Made by a program: the position numbers and the translations under genes. 64,000 nucleotides of DNA from Styela clava (Eukaryota), in contig NC_135254.1 in assembly GCF_964204865.1 (NCBI RefSeq), positions 15,438,001-15,502,000 of the forward strand, read 5' to 3'. Position 1 is the stretch's first letter, and every line of letters begins with the position of its first letter. The notes under the pieces are model-generated. The model was not told the DNA's origin and did no database searches. It saw nothing but the letters and a program-made list of their open reading frames with translations. Of this stretch, positions 40,601 through 55,600 are shown one piece after another.

Positions 40601-43600
40601 TACAAATTGGGTATGCTATGCCGAACCAGAAATAATCTTCTTATCAAATATCTGTCGCAGTTTTATTTGGAGTATCCTTTTTTCATTCGTGACACTTGAT
40701 TGTGGACATATTTCATATAGTAGAACATAGACATAATAATTTATTTACTTTGCTAGTTTATTATTTTTTTAACCAATAATACGGCTTTTTACAGGATTCA
40801 CCGGTTCTGATTGCAGTTTTAATATTGACGAGTGTTCATCCATTCCATGTCAAAATAAAGGAACATGTGTCGACAAGGCAAATAGTTATGAATGCGAATG
40901 CGCTGATGGTAAGATGACTCTGTATTATTGATTGTTTTGGTTTCAGAAGTATGCTGAATATATAGGTTGAAAAGATCTCAGAAAATACTATTCTATACTA
41001 AATGGTTCAAATGAAAAATATAGGATAGCATCATTTTTCCAAAAGTACTTTTTGTTAAAATATGCACACAAAAGAGAATGTTGGGTAGAAGATTTCAAAA
41101 GCTTGAGTTAATATTTATTAAAATACTATGAATACCGTTTTCTGGATCTGATTATTGTTATCAAATATTTCATTGGGTGCAAATTATGTAAATTTTGAAT
41201 ACAAATAAAATTTTTGCCAACATTTCATTATTTTTACTACTATTTTTCAGGATATGCCGGGATCCATTGTGAAACTGATATAGATGATTGTCAAACTAAT
41301 CCTTGTCACCATGGAACATGTGAAGATGGCGTGAACCAGTAAGAACTAAATTTTAGTACCTATCATAATTCACTAGATCTGAAAAAGTGTTTTTTTTTAA
41401 TGCGACAATTAGAATCCTTAACCATGGCTTGAAATGTGATATCCTTGCTCTTACAAAACAGACTATTGTTTAGATACATCTGCAATTGCAATGCGGGATA
41501 TACGGGAACAATTTGTCAAACTGAGATAAACGAATGTGAATCAAGTCCATGTGAAAATGGAGGAACGTGCACCGATAACGTCGGCTATTTTTCATGTAGT
41601 TGTCCCGTTGGAACGAGCGGCACAAGGTAATTTATAACATATAAACCTAATATAATTTAGGTTTAAGTAGACTATACATGCTTTTTTCGACGTGCTGATA
41701 ACTATGTTTAATATACTGCCAAAATCAATCCAAATTCAGAATAGTGAGTTATTAAGTATTATCCATCATTATGCTCCATTGTATAATATATGATTAATGC
41801 TAGCTTTGTTTGAAGGGACAATTTATAATACGATAATCATCACTTTTTCTGATCGAAATTACGTATTTTAGGTGTGAAAATAATCCAGATGATTGTGTTT
41901 CTAATCCATGTGGTGTTCATGGTACTTGTGTGGATAAAGTGAATGAATATGAATGCAATTGTGATCCAGGATACACAGGTATTAATTTGAATGTGTCTTC
42001 CAAAAATTTTACGTTATGTGTAAACTGTTGATTGTGGGTTATACCCGACTATGTTAGGGTAATATCAAATGTTTTACACTTATGATCAGCAATTTAATAT
42101 GGAACTATCAGTTGGGGTTATGCAAGACCAGCTAGATTTGCTTGCTCTGTGCCTTTGTGGAAGTGGATCCATACATGTGTTACGCAAGGATGCTGTGGCA
42201 AGAATAAAGATGACTATACTCTTGAATCAAATGATTCAAAATGGATACAAAAATGTTCAATCATTTGGCTATATTTGAGCACAAATTCACAAAAAGTATA
42301 GAAAGCTATATTTTTGTTCCGCACCTTTTATGGGTTTGTAGTAATTTCATTTTGGGTTGGCTTTGACTAGATGTACTTTGTTTGACCCATTTGTATAAAA
42401 ATTTACTCGGCTATCGTCATCCAACCCAGTTGTACCAATTCTGTTTTGATGAATTCCTCAAACAGTAAATTTCTTTCTTGGTGAGGAAATCATTCCCAAT
42501 TAGTGGACACTGATCTAATACAACACATTATAGAAGCTAGAAGATGATCTTCACATGTCAATGTTCATCATATTTATGCTGCGTTTGGTTGTATTAATAT
42601 GATGCAAGCCTAAAATGAAATTTCAATTTTTATTTCTTTTCAAAGGAACGCATTGTACAGATGAAATTAACGAGTGTGAATCAAACCCATGTCTAAATGG
42701 AGCCACATGTGTTGACGGTATTAACACATACACATGTAATTGTTTGCCAGGTATATATGTGTGTTTTTACTTAAAATAAGATAATAACCTACTGTGTTGT
42801 AATGTTTGCATTTCTGTTTCTATTTGAGTGATTACTTCAATTTATTTGACTGATTCTGATATTTATTATTGAGAGTTTTCGAAACATGGAATGATTGAAT
42901 AATCAAATACATAAGAAAATAGTTATTTTTTGATTTTAAAGATTTGGAATATTTTTGTATTCAACTTTATAAAAATACGAAAAGACATTAGTCTCAACTA
43001 TTATGCGTCACTATATTTTGGCATGATTCCATATCTGAAACAATAAAAATGATAAAATCAATGATGGAAAAATATAGAACAATTTTTTTTGTTTTTCTTT
43101 TATATGGTCTCGGTCAAGCCTTGTGCTTTTTTGAAATGTTTGATTAAAAAGTTTTTTTAAAATTAATTTATATCACAGGATACCATGGTTCGCGATGTTC
43201 CTCTGATATTGAAGAATGCAGTAGCAATCCTTGTATTAATGGATTGTGCCAAGAAGATGTCAACCAGTGAGTTTGATTTTAATTACAAATTTTGAGTATT
43301 TATCTCAAAGTATTTGAGTATTTACCAATCACGTACTGTTTCAAAATAATACATGGAATATACTGTAGATCTTGAAAATTTTGGTCATTTTTTTTGCCGT
43401 AATTTTTGAACAATGATTAATAATATTACATGAATGATAAATTCTAGAATATCAGTCGTTGCGTACAAGTATCTGTGAGTTGTATTTTGAATAATTTTGT
43501 TATTTTCTATGCAACATTGTGTAGCATGTCCTTATGTTATTTACTGTTAACTAGTTTTCATATACATTTTCATTTTCCTTACAGATACATATGTGTATGC

Positions 43601-46600
43601 AATTCTGGATACACAGGGGTAAATTGCGAAGTAGAAATCAACGAATGCGAATCTAACCCTTGTGAACACGGGTCATGTCAAAATGAAATCGGCAGATTCG
43701 TGTGTGTTTGTACGCCTGGGTACACCGGAGTCAAATGTGAAACGGACATAGACGAATGTGCGACTGCTCCTTGTCAAAACGGGGGTATATGCACAAGTGG
43801 GGTCAATGTGTATTCGTGTAACTGCCCCGCAAGATACACAGGAACAAATTGTGAGACGGAGCTTACCCCATGTAACCCGAATCCATGTAATGGTGGAGAG
43901 TGTACCCCATCCGCTGATTACTTGACTTACACTTGCACATGTATACAAGGATATGAAGGTAAAAGCATATGATGTTATCTTGAACATAGAGCGTACCATA
44001 GTGTTCATAATTAATTATTTGATTAATTTTGTAATTAAACAGAAATCAGGATTTTTTTTGTTAGAATTCTAATTTGCCAAATTTATCTATTTTTTTTAAT
44101 TCATAATTTCAAGGAAAAATTTATTAGTTCTATTTTGCAGGTGTCACATTTTTTCGCATGATAAATAATTAATTAAAACCTTTAATTAATTACAATTTTT
44201 CATGATTATTATATCAATTTTGTTTAAACCATTTATTTTGAAATTTTTTTTTCATTATTGGCTTTTCTCAGCTATTTTCAATTTTTGAAAACAAACCTTC
44301 ATAAAATATTACTAAAATCTAACATTTTTTATATAATTTTTTATCAAGATCAATATACTTCTCATTTCTTCAATCTAAATAATATTTTTATTTTCAGGAG
44401 TCACTTGTCAACATGATATTAATGAATGTCTGTCTTCACCATGTTTGAACGGAGGAACTTGTACTAATTTATCACCTGATTATAAATGTGCTTGCGCGAA
44501 TGGCTTCACAGGAACTAACTGCGAAACGAATATAGATGATTGTTCACCAGGTATATCTTTTGTTGCAATGGTCATTTTTTCTGGATAATGAAAAAATAAA
44601 TCTCTCTCTCTCTATCTACTGATTTCATGTCTGAGAAAACTTAATCACATAGGCACACATACAATTCACATGTTGAATGGTTGGCGTATCGTGCCAAGCT
44701 CATATAACACGCTTGCCATCATCGCACCTCTGATTTCCTTGTGTGGGTTCGCAGGTTGAAGATAATTATGTGTGATAGGAATTATGTACTCTCGTCGCCG
44801 TAGGATAGTTCATGTAGGCTCTGATCAGCTATGGCTTCCTCCACCATCAAGTTTATGCATCTGAAACGATTAACAGGTTAACTGTTTCCATATCCGATAT
44901 GACAGCCCATAGTTCGCTATATGTTTGAACTGTCTTACTGTCTTTCCTTTCATTAAATTCCTGAAAATTCTATGGGAAATTCTAGAAATCACATGAAAAT
45001 ATAATCTTATGTGTCAACAATAAACTATGCTTTGGTCAGATCATCAAGTATGACTGACTAATTATTTTCTTTATTTTCTCAGATCCATGTATGAACGCTG
45101 GAAAATGTATCGATGATGTTGGAACATATAAATGCCTATGTAAACCCGGTTATAACGGATTCGATTGTCAATTTGAAATTGACGAATGCGCAAGTAACCC
45201 ATGTCAGAATGGTGGGGAATGCCAAGATTACGTCAACAGCTTTGTTTGCTCATGCCCTGTAAGTTGCTGTCGAGTTACTGAATTATCGTAAATTGTTGGT
45301 TCGATAAAGATTTGTTGTATATATATTGATTTTGTGTTAAATCTTCTAATTGCCAATAATCGACCGGCTCAGAAATGTTTGGCTTTGTGTTCGGAGCTTT
45401 GAATGATTAATTGGCTTGCTCTCATCTGTTTATATTTCATGCTGTATATATTTGCATGACGCTTGTTCATGTCTTTCGTTCTAAACAAGGCTCTTTTTCA
45501 AGCAGCCTCTGATGGGAGCTACTATTTTTTGGGAGGGCCGGCATTGCCTACTCTGTTTATTACACTCTGGGTGAGGTGGGGGTATGGGTGTTAACCTGAT
45601 ATTTGTAATAACCTGCGATACCAACAAAGTTAAGTCTATGGCCTACTCAAGTTCATTACACTCTCGGCGAGGTGGGGTATGGAGTTTAACCTGCGATGCC
45701 AACACAGTTAGGTCTATTGCCCACCCAAATTTGTTAACCCTGGGTGAGGTGGGGGCATGGGGTTGTAAAATGTGTAACCTACGATCCCAAGACAGTTAAG
45801 TCCAACACTTTAACTGCTAAAACTGTGACCATGTAAGAAACAATCTGATATGATCACAATTTATAATTTTTCAAGCTTGGTAAATCGTAGTTTCATTAGT
45901 TCACTGCTAATATTCATTTTATATTTATATTTTCAGACTGGATATACTTCTTTAACCTGCTCGAGAAATCCAGACGATTGTACATCAAGTTCTTGTCTTA
46001 ATGGTGGGACATGTGTGGATGGTGATAATACTTTTACATGTGAATGTCCAAGCGGCTACACAGGTATTTACTTCGTTTTCCCTACAAATTCAAGTCTTAG
46101 ATACAGAAGTTTAAAGATCAATGACTACAGTGGTGTACGTAATATGGTGAATTTTTTTATAGTGTAGAATTGGTAAATATTTTTAAATTACGGAATTTCA
46201 CTTTGAAATAAGAATTGATGTTGAAACAGGAATACCGAATATGCGAAAGATATAAAATAAACCCCCCCAAAAACATCCTAGAATACAAAAACTTAAGCTA
46301 TACTATTATATTAGTCGATTGTGAGTAGGAGCATAAGCAATGCTGAGTCTAGGTAACCTGATGAGAAAAGTAGTTCTCAATTTGTGATCTTGTGAATAAA
46401 CATGATTTAGATATTTTTCTCTTTATTTAGGTGATAAGTGCCAGAATGAGATAAGTGCTTGTTTATCCGTATCTTGTCTCAATGGTGGAACATGCTATGT
46501 GGACTCGGGAACGGCGAGATGTGCTTGTGGTATTGCTTATGAGGGAACTTATTGTGGGGTGAGTAGTTTTTTTTATCTCAGTATTTGTATTAAAACTGTA

Positions 46601-49600
46601 ACTGCTGTAGTGACGCAGCTGGTAGGGTTCCGTGGTTGAACCTTCCCTTTGGAGTTTCTAAGAGATTAAATAAGGATTGAATTTTGTTAAATTCGCTGAT
46701 TGTTTTGGTTTGCACGGGCACGGTGTGGTTATTAAGGCCGTGAACATTTTTATATGCCATAACATTTTGAAGGTTAGTATTGTTCTTGAGTTGAATATTT
46801 TTTGATGGAAAAATTATTATATGTATAAAAGTCTGTGCTTTTATTGAGTGGCGTAATTGCCGCGCTGTTTCAGCATGAGTATTTCCCTGGTACTGAATGT
46901 GTATTTTTGAATCTCCGTTACTCTTTTGAGGAAGCCAACTGAGCCGTTGAAGGTCGTTCTAATTTTGAATTTTTTTTTATCAAGAATCTAATTGACTTGT
47001 GTGCCGATGCCAGTTTATGTAAAAACAGAGCAACATGCAGCCAGAATGGAGCAGATTTTACATGCTCCTGCGTTACTGGTTATACTGGCGTTTACTGTGA
47101 TATGGAAGAAGTTACGTGTGAACAGGCTGCTACAAATAGAGGTAAGTTTGAAGAAGAATTTTTTTTATTTGTGAAATTTAATTACAACGATTGTATGGAA
47201 TCATTTAATAATTTCATACATGTTTTATTATGATTATTCTGTTTTCTATATTGAGCCCCAAAATGCTTTTATTAGAATAGTTTGCAAAATTGCAAAAAAT
47301 AGATGGAATATTGTATTATTTTTTGTAATAATTAGGAATAGGAATAATAGTAGCTAGGAATTTTTTAAAAGGGAGGGGGTTGGAATTTTCAATATCCAAG
47401 TTGGATCATAACAGCAAAATGTGGTTTTTCAAGACTCTTCAGGATCTAAGAAGCGTTTCATGCTTCAAAAAATTTCGACTCCTTGGCCACGTCCCCGAAT
47501 TCAAACGAAATGGAAAGCTCTTTTCTACAATGTGATTGCATTTTTTTCCAATTCATTAGGGGTTGCTGTTTCTGCATTATGCTCAAACCACGGAGATTGT
47601 CGTGACACAACAACTGCTCATGAATGTACATGTGATCCAGGATACGCAGGTTCATATTGTAACATTGACATCAACGAATGTGCTCTTCAACCTTGCTTGA
47701 ATGGAGCTACGTGCATTGATCTGATCAACAGGTATGGTTACGTCTTTCGTGGAACTTTCGTGTTTTTGAAATTTGGATTTGGTATTTGAAAAGTAATGGG
47801 AATGTCAATTTTTTGTATTTTTTCATATTCTAACTTGTTTTTCTTTATGCTTCGATGTTTGCGTCTACGCATTTTCACCATGAAAATGTCAAATTTTGCA
47901 AAAAACAACTATAATCTCAAGCGTCTGCACTAATCAACTGCTTTTAATACTGGTAGCTTGATTTTTGAATTTTGGCTAATATTTTGGATATACCATTCTT
48001 ATTTAACGAGTCACGTATTATAATTAGGGCCCGACCGATACTGCCTTTTTGAACCGATACCGATACTGCTAGTTTTCTAAAACTAGGCCGATAAGCCGAT
48101 AACGATACCGATGTTTCTTCACATATATTTGTCGCAGCATTTCTGTTCTGAAATACTTCTCAGTCTTTAGGGCGTAGCGAGGTTCAATGGTTTCTATTAG
48201 CCTGCGGAATCCATCATCTTGCACTATTGCAAATGGCCTGTTGTCAGTGGCTATCATCTCCATTATTATTTTATCAAGTGATTTCGTTCTTGCGTCATTT
48301 CCATGCCATTTATTAAATTTATCCATTATGTGTTCCCATGAAGGTTGCCGATTAAACTGGGAAGCTTCAGCTGGCCTTTTTCGCGTTAACTGCGTCTGCG
48401 AAATCTCATCATACTTGCTCTTGTGTTTCGATCTGAGATGACTCCACAAATTACTGGTGTTTTTCTTTTTGGAATCGGCGGAACCTTGACTTAACAATGA
48501 TGAGCATATTTTACAAAGTACACCATCACTGTGGCATACAAAGTTTTCCCATACTTTGCTCTTACCGCTAGAACCAGCCATCTATAACATACCAATACAA
48601 GAAGTTAAATAATACCTTCAACGACTAAAGCGCAAGGGAAATCAAGCGCCGTGTAAACTACGCGAAAATTCTCTATCTAGCGTATATTATTTGACACAAA
48701 TAAGCCGTTCACGTGTTCTATAGCTTCGATTTGTAAGCCACCACGCTGCAAACTTGCTTGCAAAGTGTGCAATCCCGTGTCGCAATCGTCCGTGAAACCG
48801 CTTTTGATAAGAGAGAAATAGAAATAGTGAAGAAAAATAGTTTCACGCAGAACCGCTCTCGAATTAAACAAGCGATAAAACTGCTTTCCCGGCAACCTTC
48901 AACAACTAAAGCGCAAGGGAAATCAAGCGCCGTGTAAACTACGCGAAAATTCTCTATTTAATCTAGCGTATATTATTTGACACAAATAAGCCGTTCACGT
49001 GTTCTATCGCTTCGATTTGTAAGCCACCACGCTGCAAACTTGCTTGCAAAGTGTGAAATCGCTTTTGATAAGAGAGAAATAGAAATAGTGAAGAAAAAGA
49101 GTTTCACGCAGAACCGCTCTCGAATTAAACAAGCGATAAAACTTCTTTCCCGGCGCAATTTTGACACTTTGGCAGTCACGTGATCAGCCGATAACTATCG
49201 GTAAAATTAGCCGATACCGATAGTTCAAAATTTGTGAAAAACAAGGCCGATATATCGGCCGGCCGATATATCGGTCGGGCCCTAATTATAATACGCGGTC
49301 CAGTCGGAAAACGATGAGGTTCAACAATTGGGCTTGTACTCATTTCGCTTAAGTTAGCCCTCTTCTGCCGTGCCACTGGACTTGCTATTCAGAATTTTTT
49401 TAATCAGATATTTCACATAAATTGTAAGAATTGCGAATATTTTTACCATCTATCTGGGATAATTCTACAATCTTGTATCAATCTTTTGTCATTCAGTTAC
49501 TCTTGCACTTGTGATGCGGGATACACTGGCGAAAACTGTGAGCAGAACATTGACGAGTGTGCTTCATCCCCATGCAAGAATGGTGGTACTTGTGTCGATA

Positions 49601-52600
49601 TGGTTAATGCGGTCCACTGTTCCTGTCTCGCCGGCACTGCAGGTAAGTGTTTCCTCAAAAAAACTCAAATAGTTCCACTGTCATCTTCTGTAATGAACAA
49701 CAACATTCAGGTTGTGAGTCCTTATTCTCAGATATTCGACAACGGAACTGTTATTTTAGTAATGCTTTGATGATAATCAATATTATTTGTTTTTTTCCTC
49801 CAGTATACACAGAAGTGACCGTTTTTTTGTAGAATATCAATTGAATGTAGAATATGCTTTATGTTGCATTTTAGCGACAGCAAATGGAATTTAAATGCCG
49901 ACGTCCTTTTTAAAATTGTTTTTATTTTTAACTTGGAAGGAAGATGCGAACTCATGAAAGTCGCACTCCAGCTCAAAAATCGATTTCAACCGTATAACAT
50001 TTTATTCATCACATTTTAGGTATATTCTGTGAGGTCAATGTTGATGATTGCACTGATGACTCCTGTTATCATGGGGGACAATGCATCGATGGAATCAATG
50101 GTTTCACTTGTAATTGCTTATCTGGATATGTAGGATCAAGGTGGGTAAACAACATATTATTTTATGACTTGCAACCTAATTACATTCTTACATCGAAAAA
50201 CTCATAGTCATGAATTCATCTGTGTGATGCTCTTTTTTTTTAATCAGTAAGAACATTGCAGTAGATCAGTTCAAATGGAAATTAAAATTCGGTTTCATTA
50301 GCTTCACAAAATGGTGAAAAAATCCAAAAACAGCTCTCTGCAACTCGTTAAATTAATGCAAAAATTTTGCAGACTGACCATGGAATTAGCGGACTTTTTC
50401 CCTATTTCACTTTCAGCTGGATTAGGTCCAGAAGTAAAGCCAATGCAATGATTCAGATAGATTGATTTGACAATGCCTATTTGACCCTTCAAAATTCTTT
50501 TGCATTTAGAAGTGCTTTTTAAATTCCGCCAAGTTCAAATTATATATATCATTATACAAAAGTATAATAACCAACTTTGGGAAAAAAAAACTAAATTAAT
50601 ATCATATTTAACCACATTTATGTGGCTCAATTGTTACATCCTTAATAATGCTGTTTTAACTATTTTATATCTTTACTGCTACTTATCAGGTGTGAAGGTG
50701 ATGTGAATGAATGCTTGTCCAATCCTTGTAATGCAGCAGGTACTACTGAATGCATCGAGGGAGAAAACAGTTTTACATGTGTATGCTCTGTGGTAAGTCT
50801 TGTCTTTTCATCTAGAATGTTTATTTATTGTTCAACACTTTTAATACTTTGTCACCTTCGTTTTAGTTTCACAAAGAAATTTTTCCAACTATTTGCTTTT
50901 ATTCAGGATTATGCTGGAACACTCTGTGATGTGAAACTAGGAAGTTGCGCAATCAATCCTTGTGAAAATGGTGGAACTTGCACTGATAACAGCTACGATC
51001 CTAAAGGATATTTCTGCTCTTGTTCATCTGTAAGATATGGATTAGTTTCATGATTTCATCTATCAAAAAGTAAATGTCTTGGAAAACCCCAAAAACAGAA
51101 CCCATTACAAAAAAGTAACAGTATTTCTAAATCTAGAATATGTTCCTAATGACCTGGGTTCTATTTTTTGGGGTCACCCTTGTATTTAAACTATACTAAA
51201 AGCGATCCCATGTTCTTGTAAACAGAACGTCTTACTATTACGATGGTTAAGCATGATTTTTATCATGAATATTATATTCAGGGTTACTATGGCATCAATT
51301 GTCAACATCAATATTCATCGTGTGGAGATTCACACATTTGTTACAACAACGGAGTATGTGTGAATGACGCATGTGAATGCACTTCAAATTATTACGGGGA
51401 TTATTGTGAAAAAGCTAGAGTAGAAGGTAACGTAGTTTTTATCGTTTGAGAACCTTTTAGCTTAAAACACTATTTGATATGAATTATATAAATTTTCCAT
51501 GACTATTTTACTTGTTTCATTTTTCTGCGTTCGTTGTTTTAAAATTTACAGAAAAGCGTAAACGTTTTCGCATATTCACTTTGTACAATTTTCCGCACGA
51601 GTGGCTAATGATACATACCGGAAGTTTAATTGTTCCTCATTGCCTATTTAATTTTATCCACTCTGGGTGGGAATGTTTTGACTAAATTTATCGAAATTAT
51701 ATGCAAATTCAATCTGAATATTTTACTAATATTTTATTGATCTTGTTTTGACATAATAGGAAAATGAAACAATAATTTTTTTTACTGTTGCCAGATAAAA
51801 CCTGTTCGAATCCAAACTGCGCTCAAGTGAAGAATAATGGAGTCTGCAATGTAAGTTTTTTTGTTATCTTTTTTATGTAATAATGTTGTTTTGTAAAATA
51901 AGACTAAAAAATAGTAATGTCAGAATTTTTTTTCTCTGAAATGAATTTAAAGAAAATGAAATTATTTTGAACCTCTTTTCTTTATAAACATAGCATAAAA
52001 TTTCATTCTGATCTTGAAATTTTCAATTGTCTGAAATATGCTAAAATATTTTCAAATTTTATCATACACAATTTATTACGCTAGAATTAAAATTTCAGAG
52101 CAACATGAACTGTACCACACATGAATGTGATTACGACGGCACCGATTGTACTTTCGGTAACGCCAATCCGTGGGAATTATGTTCGCCTGAGTATGAATGC
52201 TGGAATCTACACAAGAACGGACATTGCGACGAACACTGCAATACTCAAGAATGCCTTCTGGATGGAATGGATTGTAGCACTCCTATAGGAGATTGCAAGT
52301 AAGAACATAGTATTATTTGCTACAAGGTTGTAAGACATCAGTTTATAGCGAACATTTTAATTTGTTTAAAACCACTCATTCACTATTATCACTTTTTCTA
52401 TTTTTTTAATTTCTGTTATGAATATCTTTAGTCCGAAATATGAAGTCTACTGTACTGACAATTTCAACAACAGTTATTGTGACGAAGGATGTAATAATGC
52501 TGATTGTGGATGGGATGGTGACGATTGTAATCAATATCCTGAACAATACGCCCTCGGAATCCTTGTGGTATGTGGACTTATTATGCTGCCTCATTTTTTG

Positions 52601-55600
52601 GACGTTTTATGATCAAATTCTTTTCGGAGTACTATCCATGTTTTTAGTCAATATGAACTTTGAAGAAAATTTAATTGGCGAGCTCATACTGCTGGGTTAA
52701 GATTTGGATTTGCTGTTAATTCCGATGCAACATTGTGGTTTTGGTCATTGTATAAATATAGGGCTTTGCAACGCTTCGTCTTGATTTTAAACTTTTATGA
52801 CTAGAGAAATCGGTAAATGTAATGTATGTAAAACATTTTCACCTAACAATTTCACCATCTAGCCATCCTTCCCATTAAAAAAGTAGTGTACAGTCCTAGT
52901 AGTCCTCTGCACTTCAGTGGTCATCAATAAGAGGACAATCTCCTATATTTCCGAGTGAATTTGAGTAACCTTGCTTTGGGCAAATTATTTATAAAAAAGT
53001 AGTAAAATTACTATTATAAACAAGTAATTATCATTCCTAAATTGTCAGATTCAAGTTGGCAACATGACTCCTGCTGATGTATGGACCAGAAAAGAAGAAC
53101 TTTCAATTGAATTCGGCAAAATTTTACACACTCAAATGAAGATGATAGCTGTGAATATTGTAACGGTGAGTTAGAATAATGCCAAAACTGAATATAAAAC
53201 TTTTTTTACTTTGAAGAATACACTCTGAATGATGGGATGATATTGAATATTCTAACTCCATATATTCATAATGAAACTATGATGAATGCCAAATTTTACA
53301 AAGTAAATTGAGAAATATCAAAAATATGGAGTTATAACTGAAAAATTTGGTTGTATGCTTTTCCTTTTTTTTTTCAAATTCAGTGTGCCTGGTACGGATT
53401 AGGTAGTGTTTCATGCTTTATTGTCTACAAGCAAAAAAACGCTGCGCTTTATAGCACAATGCGCCTTATATATGAATAAAAAGTCAATATAAGCAATTTA
53501 TCGACAGTGCTCTTTGAAGGTTCGTAAAATACATTATTTGTATTCATTTCCACTAATTTCCTATAAATTTTTTGGGAATGCTGTGTAGCAATTCATTCAG
53601 TTTTTAAAAATTCTAATCGCTCTTCTAAATTTAACAGACAAATTTTATATATGACAAATTTCACTAAAAAAAGTTAATGGTATCATTAAAATTATTTCTA
53701 GAATTAATTAATTAGAATTAATTACAATTAAGGTAATTTCTAATATATATAATCTCCACCTTGATAAGAGTTTTACACTTTAAAACAAAGTTATTTATGG
53801 AATTACAGGTCGAAATTTCACGCAAGAAAAGATCTTTATTTGATGAAGCATATGACTCGATGACAAGTATATTCAGCAGAACAAAACGTGCAACCTCGGA
53901 TGGGGAATCGTCACAGGTATGATATATTCTTGTTAATCCTGTCATTTAGTGGTCGTTTTTTTTAAGCCTTGCCCCATTTTTAGATTTGTCAAGTCTCGTG
54001 TCCCACCTTAAAAATAACTAGCTAACAATAGGCTACATAATAGTATGACAAAAGTGATGTTTTATAAAAAAAATGTTGAAAATATGAGGATGGAACGTAA
54101 ATATCCAAAATAAAGAAATGTAAATATCCAAAATAAGACGGGCAAGATCAATCTAACAAATGTTTTTATTTTTGCATAGCTTCACACTCCCTCAAAAATT
54201 CTCTACTTCCCCTTTGTGGGGTGCGCCCCACCACTTGAAATCTACCGGTCTAGCGAGATATCAATCCATGTTTTTTTTCTTATTATTCTTCTTCTCGTAA
54301 AATCGCTTTTCTCATTAACTACCAAACCAATTGCTTTGAAATTTCCTGTGGTTAAAATTTTATTTTTTGCTTTGTTCGTGAAATTTCGTCTTAGAATATC
54401 AAAATTTTGTTTAACAGATGGAATTCAGAATGGATAACAGCAAATGTTATATATCATCTGGTGCATGCTTTGAAACTGCCTCAGGAGCTTCATCTTTTCT
54501 CGCTGCTGCAAGACTCACCCAAACACTCGAAGTATCAGTCGATATTGAAACTACCGGCAGTATTGATGAACCAACAAGCGAAGGATCACAACACATAGTT
54601 ACTTTTGCTGTATCTGGAGCAGGTTTGTTCAATTTTATTTCAGTTTCATTGAAAACGAAGTGGATTTATGAATCGATTCGCTTAATTATTATCGTTTTTG
54701 TCGATTTGTTGTTGTGAGAAAATGTTTTTTTCCAGTTGATAGATCAATCAATTTCAAATTTTCATCATCTATTATCTGTAATAAAATTTTATTATGAATC
54801 GAACAAGGCCTGTTTTTTTTGTTCTAAATTTCGCTAGTCATTATAATTTATAGACATATATTCATATTACATTTGCTACATTTTTATCTTACATTTGGTA
54901 CAATTCCTTTGATATTTGGTTGGAATTTTGGAGATTTGAAACAATGAAACAAAATATTTGCCAGGAAATTTATTTATGAAATATATATATAAACATAATT
55001 AATTCTGGGAAACACTCAAAATTGAGAAAAATAGGATAAGCTTGACTCTTTTTTTTTGGTGTCCCATTTTTGTTGCATAAAAATTCGTTTTTTTTTTTCA
55101 CGCCAAGGAAAAACAACAAAAATCTTTTTGTAAAAAATAGACACTTTCACGTTAATAAGTAGAATGAAAATTACCATCATCATCATTCATTGATACTAAT
55201 TTAACTATGCTGACACAAATGAACTAAATTTATTAATTACTCCAGCAATTTTTGATATATTGGTGGCCCACCTGAAAATGTTTATGTGGCCCACCTGAAA
55301 ATGTTTTTGTGGCCCACCTGAAAATGTTTTTGTGGCCCGCCTGAAAATGTTTTTGTGGCCCATCTGAAAATGTTTTTGTGGCCCACCTGAAAATGTTTTT
55401 GTGGCCCACCTGAAAATGTTTTGTGGCCCACCTGAAAATGTTTTTGTGGCCCACCTGAAAATGTTTTTGTAGCCCACCTGAAAATTTTTTTGTGGCCCAC
55501 CTGAAAATGTTTTTGTGGCCCACCTAAAAATGTTTTTGTGGCCCACCTGAAAATGTTTTTGTGGCCCACCTGAAAATGTTTTTGTGGCCCACCTGAAAAT

